DNA of 51,852 nt from a bacterium (GTDB taxonomy: Bacteria > RBG-13-61-14 > DATKZS01): NCBI GenBank assembly GCA_046484135.1, contig JAWOBU010000232.1:1-51852 (forward strand), read 5' to 3'. The notes below the pieces were generated by a model. The model worked only from the letters and a program-made list of their open reading frames with translations. It had not been told where the DNA came from and made no database searches. Shown piece after piece: positions 49,991-51,852 of this stretch. How positions within the stretch are numbered: position 1 is the first letter of the stretch; every line of letters starts with the position of its first letter. The position numbers were made by a program, and so were the translations under genes.

Positions 49991-51304
49991 ATGGCTTATA
50001 TAGAAGCGTGGCTCTGGCAGACACCTTACCTGGACGTGCCCAATTACGCCTGGCTGGCGACCGGCCTGGGACTCCTGGTCCTGGTGTTGTATCTGGTCCT
50101 GGTGTTTTCGCGCACTCGGGATTTGAAACAGGAAGAGGTGCAAGAGGAAGGTACTCTCCCGGCCGAGCCCGAGGCCGGGGCGGAAACGACTGATGAGGAG
50201 CCGGCAGCAGCCGAAGCTGCAAAAGCGGAGGTTCCGGCGCCGGAGCCGGTTGAGACGCCTCCTCCCTCCAAGCCTGCAACAGAGTCTCCGCCCGAGCCGG
50301 AAGCGCCTGAAGAAACTCCTGCACCGGAGGCTCCTGCCGCCGAGGTCCCGGCGGACAAGCTCCCGCCGGAGGAGGTCGAGGTTGAACCTCCGGAAGGGTG
50401 GTTCCAGCGGCTTAAGAAGGGACTTTCCAAGACCCAGGGCAAGCTCTCGCAGGGATTGTCGCGTCTTCTTTCCGGCAAGGTGAGCGAGGACACCCTGGAG
50501 GAGCTGGAGGAGCTTCTGGTGAGCTCGGACCTGGGAGTGAAGACCAGCATGTCCCTTCTGGAACGGTTGGAGACGGCCATAAAAGAGGAGGGCCTGGAGG
50601 AGGGCGAACAGGTCCGGCAGTGGCTCAAGGATCACATCCGGGAGATACTGGAGCAGGTGGAGGAGCCCCTCCTCATTCCCGCAGACCGGGAAGGTCCTTA
50701 CGTGATCATGGTTACCGGTGTAAACGGGACCGGCAAGACCACCACTATCGGCAAGCTGGCCATGCATCTCGGGAGCCAGGGAAAGAGCGTGATCATAGGA
50801 GCGGCGGACACCTTCCGCGCCGCCGCGGTAGAGCAGCTCGAGGTCTGGGGACAGAGGGCCGGAGCTCCGGTCATAAAGCACCAGGAAGGGGCCGACCCGG
50901 GGGCAGTAGCTTTTGACACGGTCCAGGCGGCGCAGGCCCGCAAGGCGGACGTGGCCATAATAGACACCGCGGGAAGGCTTCACACCAAGTCGAACTTGAT
51001 GGACGAGCTGAAGAAGGTCAAAAGGGTGGCTGGCAAGGAATGCGAGGGAGCGCCTCACGAAATACTGCTGGTGCTGGACGCGACCACCGGCCAGAACGCG
51101 GTGCAGCAGGCCAGGATGTTCAACCAAGCCCTCGAGCTGTCCGGCCTTATCATGACCAAGCTGGACGGCACCGCCAAGGGAGGAATCCTGGTGGCCATCT
51201 CCGACGAGTTCAAAATCCCGGTCCGATACATAGGCGTGGGAGAAAAAATTTACGACCTCCAGCCTTTCCGGGCCAAGGAGTTCGTGGATGCCATATTTTC
51301 GTAA
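49991..51304 (+). CDS. ftsY: SRP receptor FtsY with N-terminal TM and acidic Pro-rich region
   Basis: GVNGTGKTTT, DTFRAAA, DTAGR, DATTGQN and TKLDGTAKGG motifs. Start taken at ATG 49991. Confidence 0.95.
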   Translation: MAYIEAWLWQTPYLDVPNYAWLATGLGLLVLVLYLVLVFSRTRDLKQEEVQEEGTLPAEPEAGAETTDEEPAAAEAAKAEVPAPEPVETPPPSKPATESPPEPEAPEETPAPEAPAAEVPADKLPPEEVEVEPPEGWFQRLKKGLSKTQGKLSQGLSRLLSGKVSEDTLEELEELLVSSDLGVKTSMSLLERLETAIKEEGLEEGEQVRQWLKDHIREILEQVEEPLLIPADREGPYVIMVTGVNGTGKTTTIGKLAMHLGSQGKSVIIGAADTFRAAAVEQLEVWGQRAGAPVIKHQEGADPGAVAFDTVQAAQARKADVAIIDTAGRLHTKSNLMDELKKVKRVAGKECEGAPHEILLVLDATTGQNAVQQARMFNQALELSGLIMTKLDGTAKGGILVAISDEFKIPVRYIGVGEKIYDLQPFRAKEFVDAIFS

Positions 51305-51388
51305 GCGATGACGGTAGCGTCTTGATAGCGGGGGCAACTGAAGGTACGTTTATAGTGAAGTCAAAAAAAGACAAGCCGGGGAGGACAC

Positions 51389-51781
51389 ATGAAATCCGAC
51401 AAAGACTCCAAGCACTTTTATCCGATCTACAACAAAAAGGGGAAAGCCTCGTTTTTTCTGGACCGGGACGAAACCCACGTTTACGCCTGGGACGGCACTC
51501 CCGTGGCCTTTATAGAGAAAGGGGAGGTCCTAGACTTTACGGGAGAGCACCTGGGCTGGCACGATGAAGGATGGTTCCGGGACGACTCCGGCAAGTGCGT
51601 GGCTTTCTCCGAACCGGGCAAAAGCGGGCCCAGTCCTCCTAAGACCAGGCCGCCGGATGACCCGCCCGGCGATAAAAAGGAACCGCCGGAGAAACCGGAA
51701 ATAAAAGACACTCCCTCCCGGCCGCCCCGCAAAGCGGTCTGGTCCCAAATAAAAGATACCGAGTTTTTCAAGAGCAAATAA
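51389..51781 (+). CDS. Small beta-repeat protein (4-fold beta-flower-like) with Pro/Lys-rich tail
   Basis: Repeats IYNKKG, VYAWDG, VLDFTG and FRDDSG; SD GGAGG. Confidence 0.65.
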   Translation: MKSDKDSKHFYPIYNKKGKASFFLDRDETHVYAWDGTPVAFIEKGEVLDFTGEHLGWHDEGWFRDDSGKCVAFSEPGKSGPSPPKTRPPDDPPGDKKEPPEKPEIKDTPSRPPRKAVWSQIKDTEFFKSK

Positions 51782-51852
51782 ACCCCATCGCCTCCCAGGA
51801 AGGATGAAACCGAGGCCTTGAGAACATCCCTGCCGGCGAAAAAAAACGTTTT

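Overview
GC-rich (roughly 60% by eye) bacterial chromosome segment with about 43 intact genes. Gene content (Hanks-type kinase/PP2C pair, zinc-ribbon/GYF-like protein, TPR proteins, MCP style) suggests a deltaproteobacterial lineage such as Myxococcota or Desulfobacterota relatives; this is inference. Most of the window is housekeeping: purB-purC, nadK-recN-pmbA-PP2C-kinase, alaC-like-hom-thrC, bioD, plsY, an acyl-CoA ligase, lysA-dapF and ftsY. It also holds a stress/lipid block (Tat-signal SOD, pfkB, treT, PLD-DedA, EEP) and an NfeD plus three-SPFH cluster. No rRNA, tRNA, CRISPR array, transposase, integrase or prophage gene was recognised. The best leads are: (i) a chemoreceptor with no periplasmic sensor but a cytoplasmic C-terminal XylF-like domain, coupled to an NhaC-family transporter gene; (ii) a 130-bp MITE with 15-bp inverted repeats and a 5-bp target duplication that carries a covarying REP doublet; (iii) a second 40-bp nested-palindrome repeat found twice, 38 kb apart; (iv) a soluble zinc-ribbon/double-GYF-like protein; (v) a divergent SPFH pair; (vi) a decayed GxGYxYP-like pseudogene and active-site variants of UDG and SpeE. 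All family calls come from motif recognition by eye, with no database searches, and I cannot show that any of these is truly undescribed.
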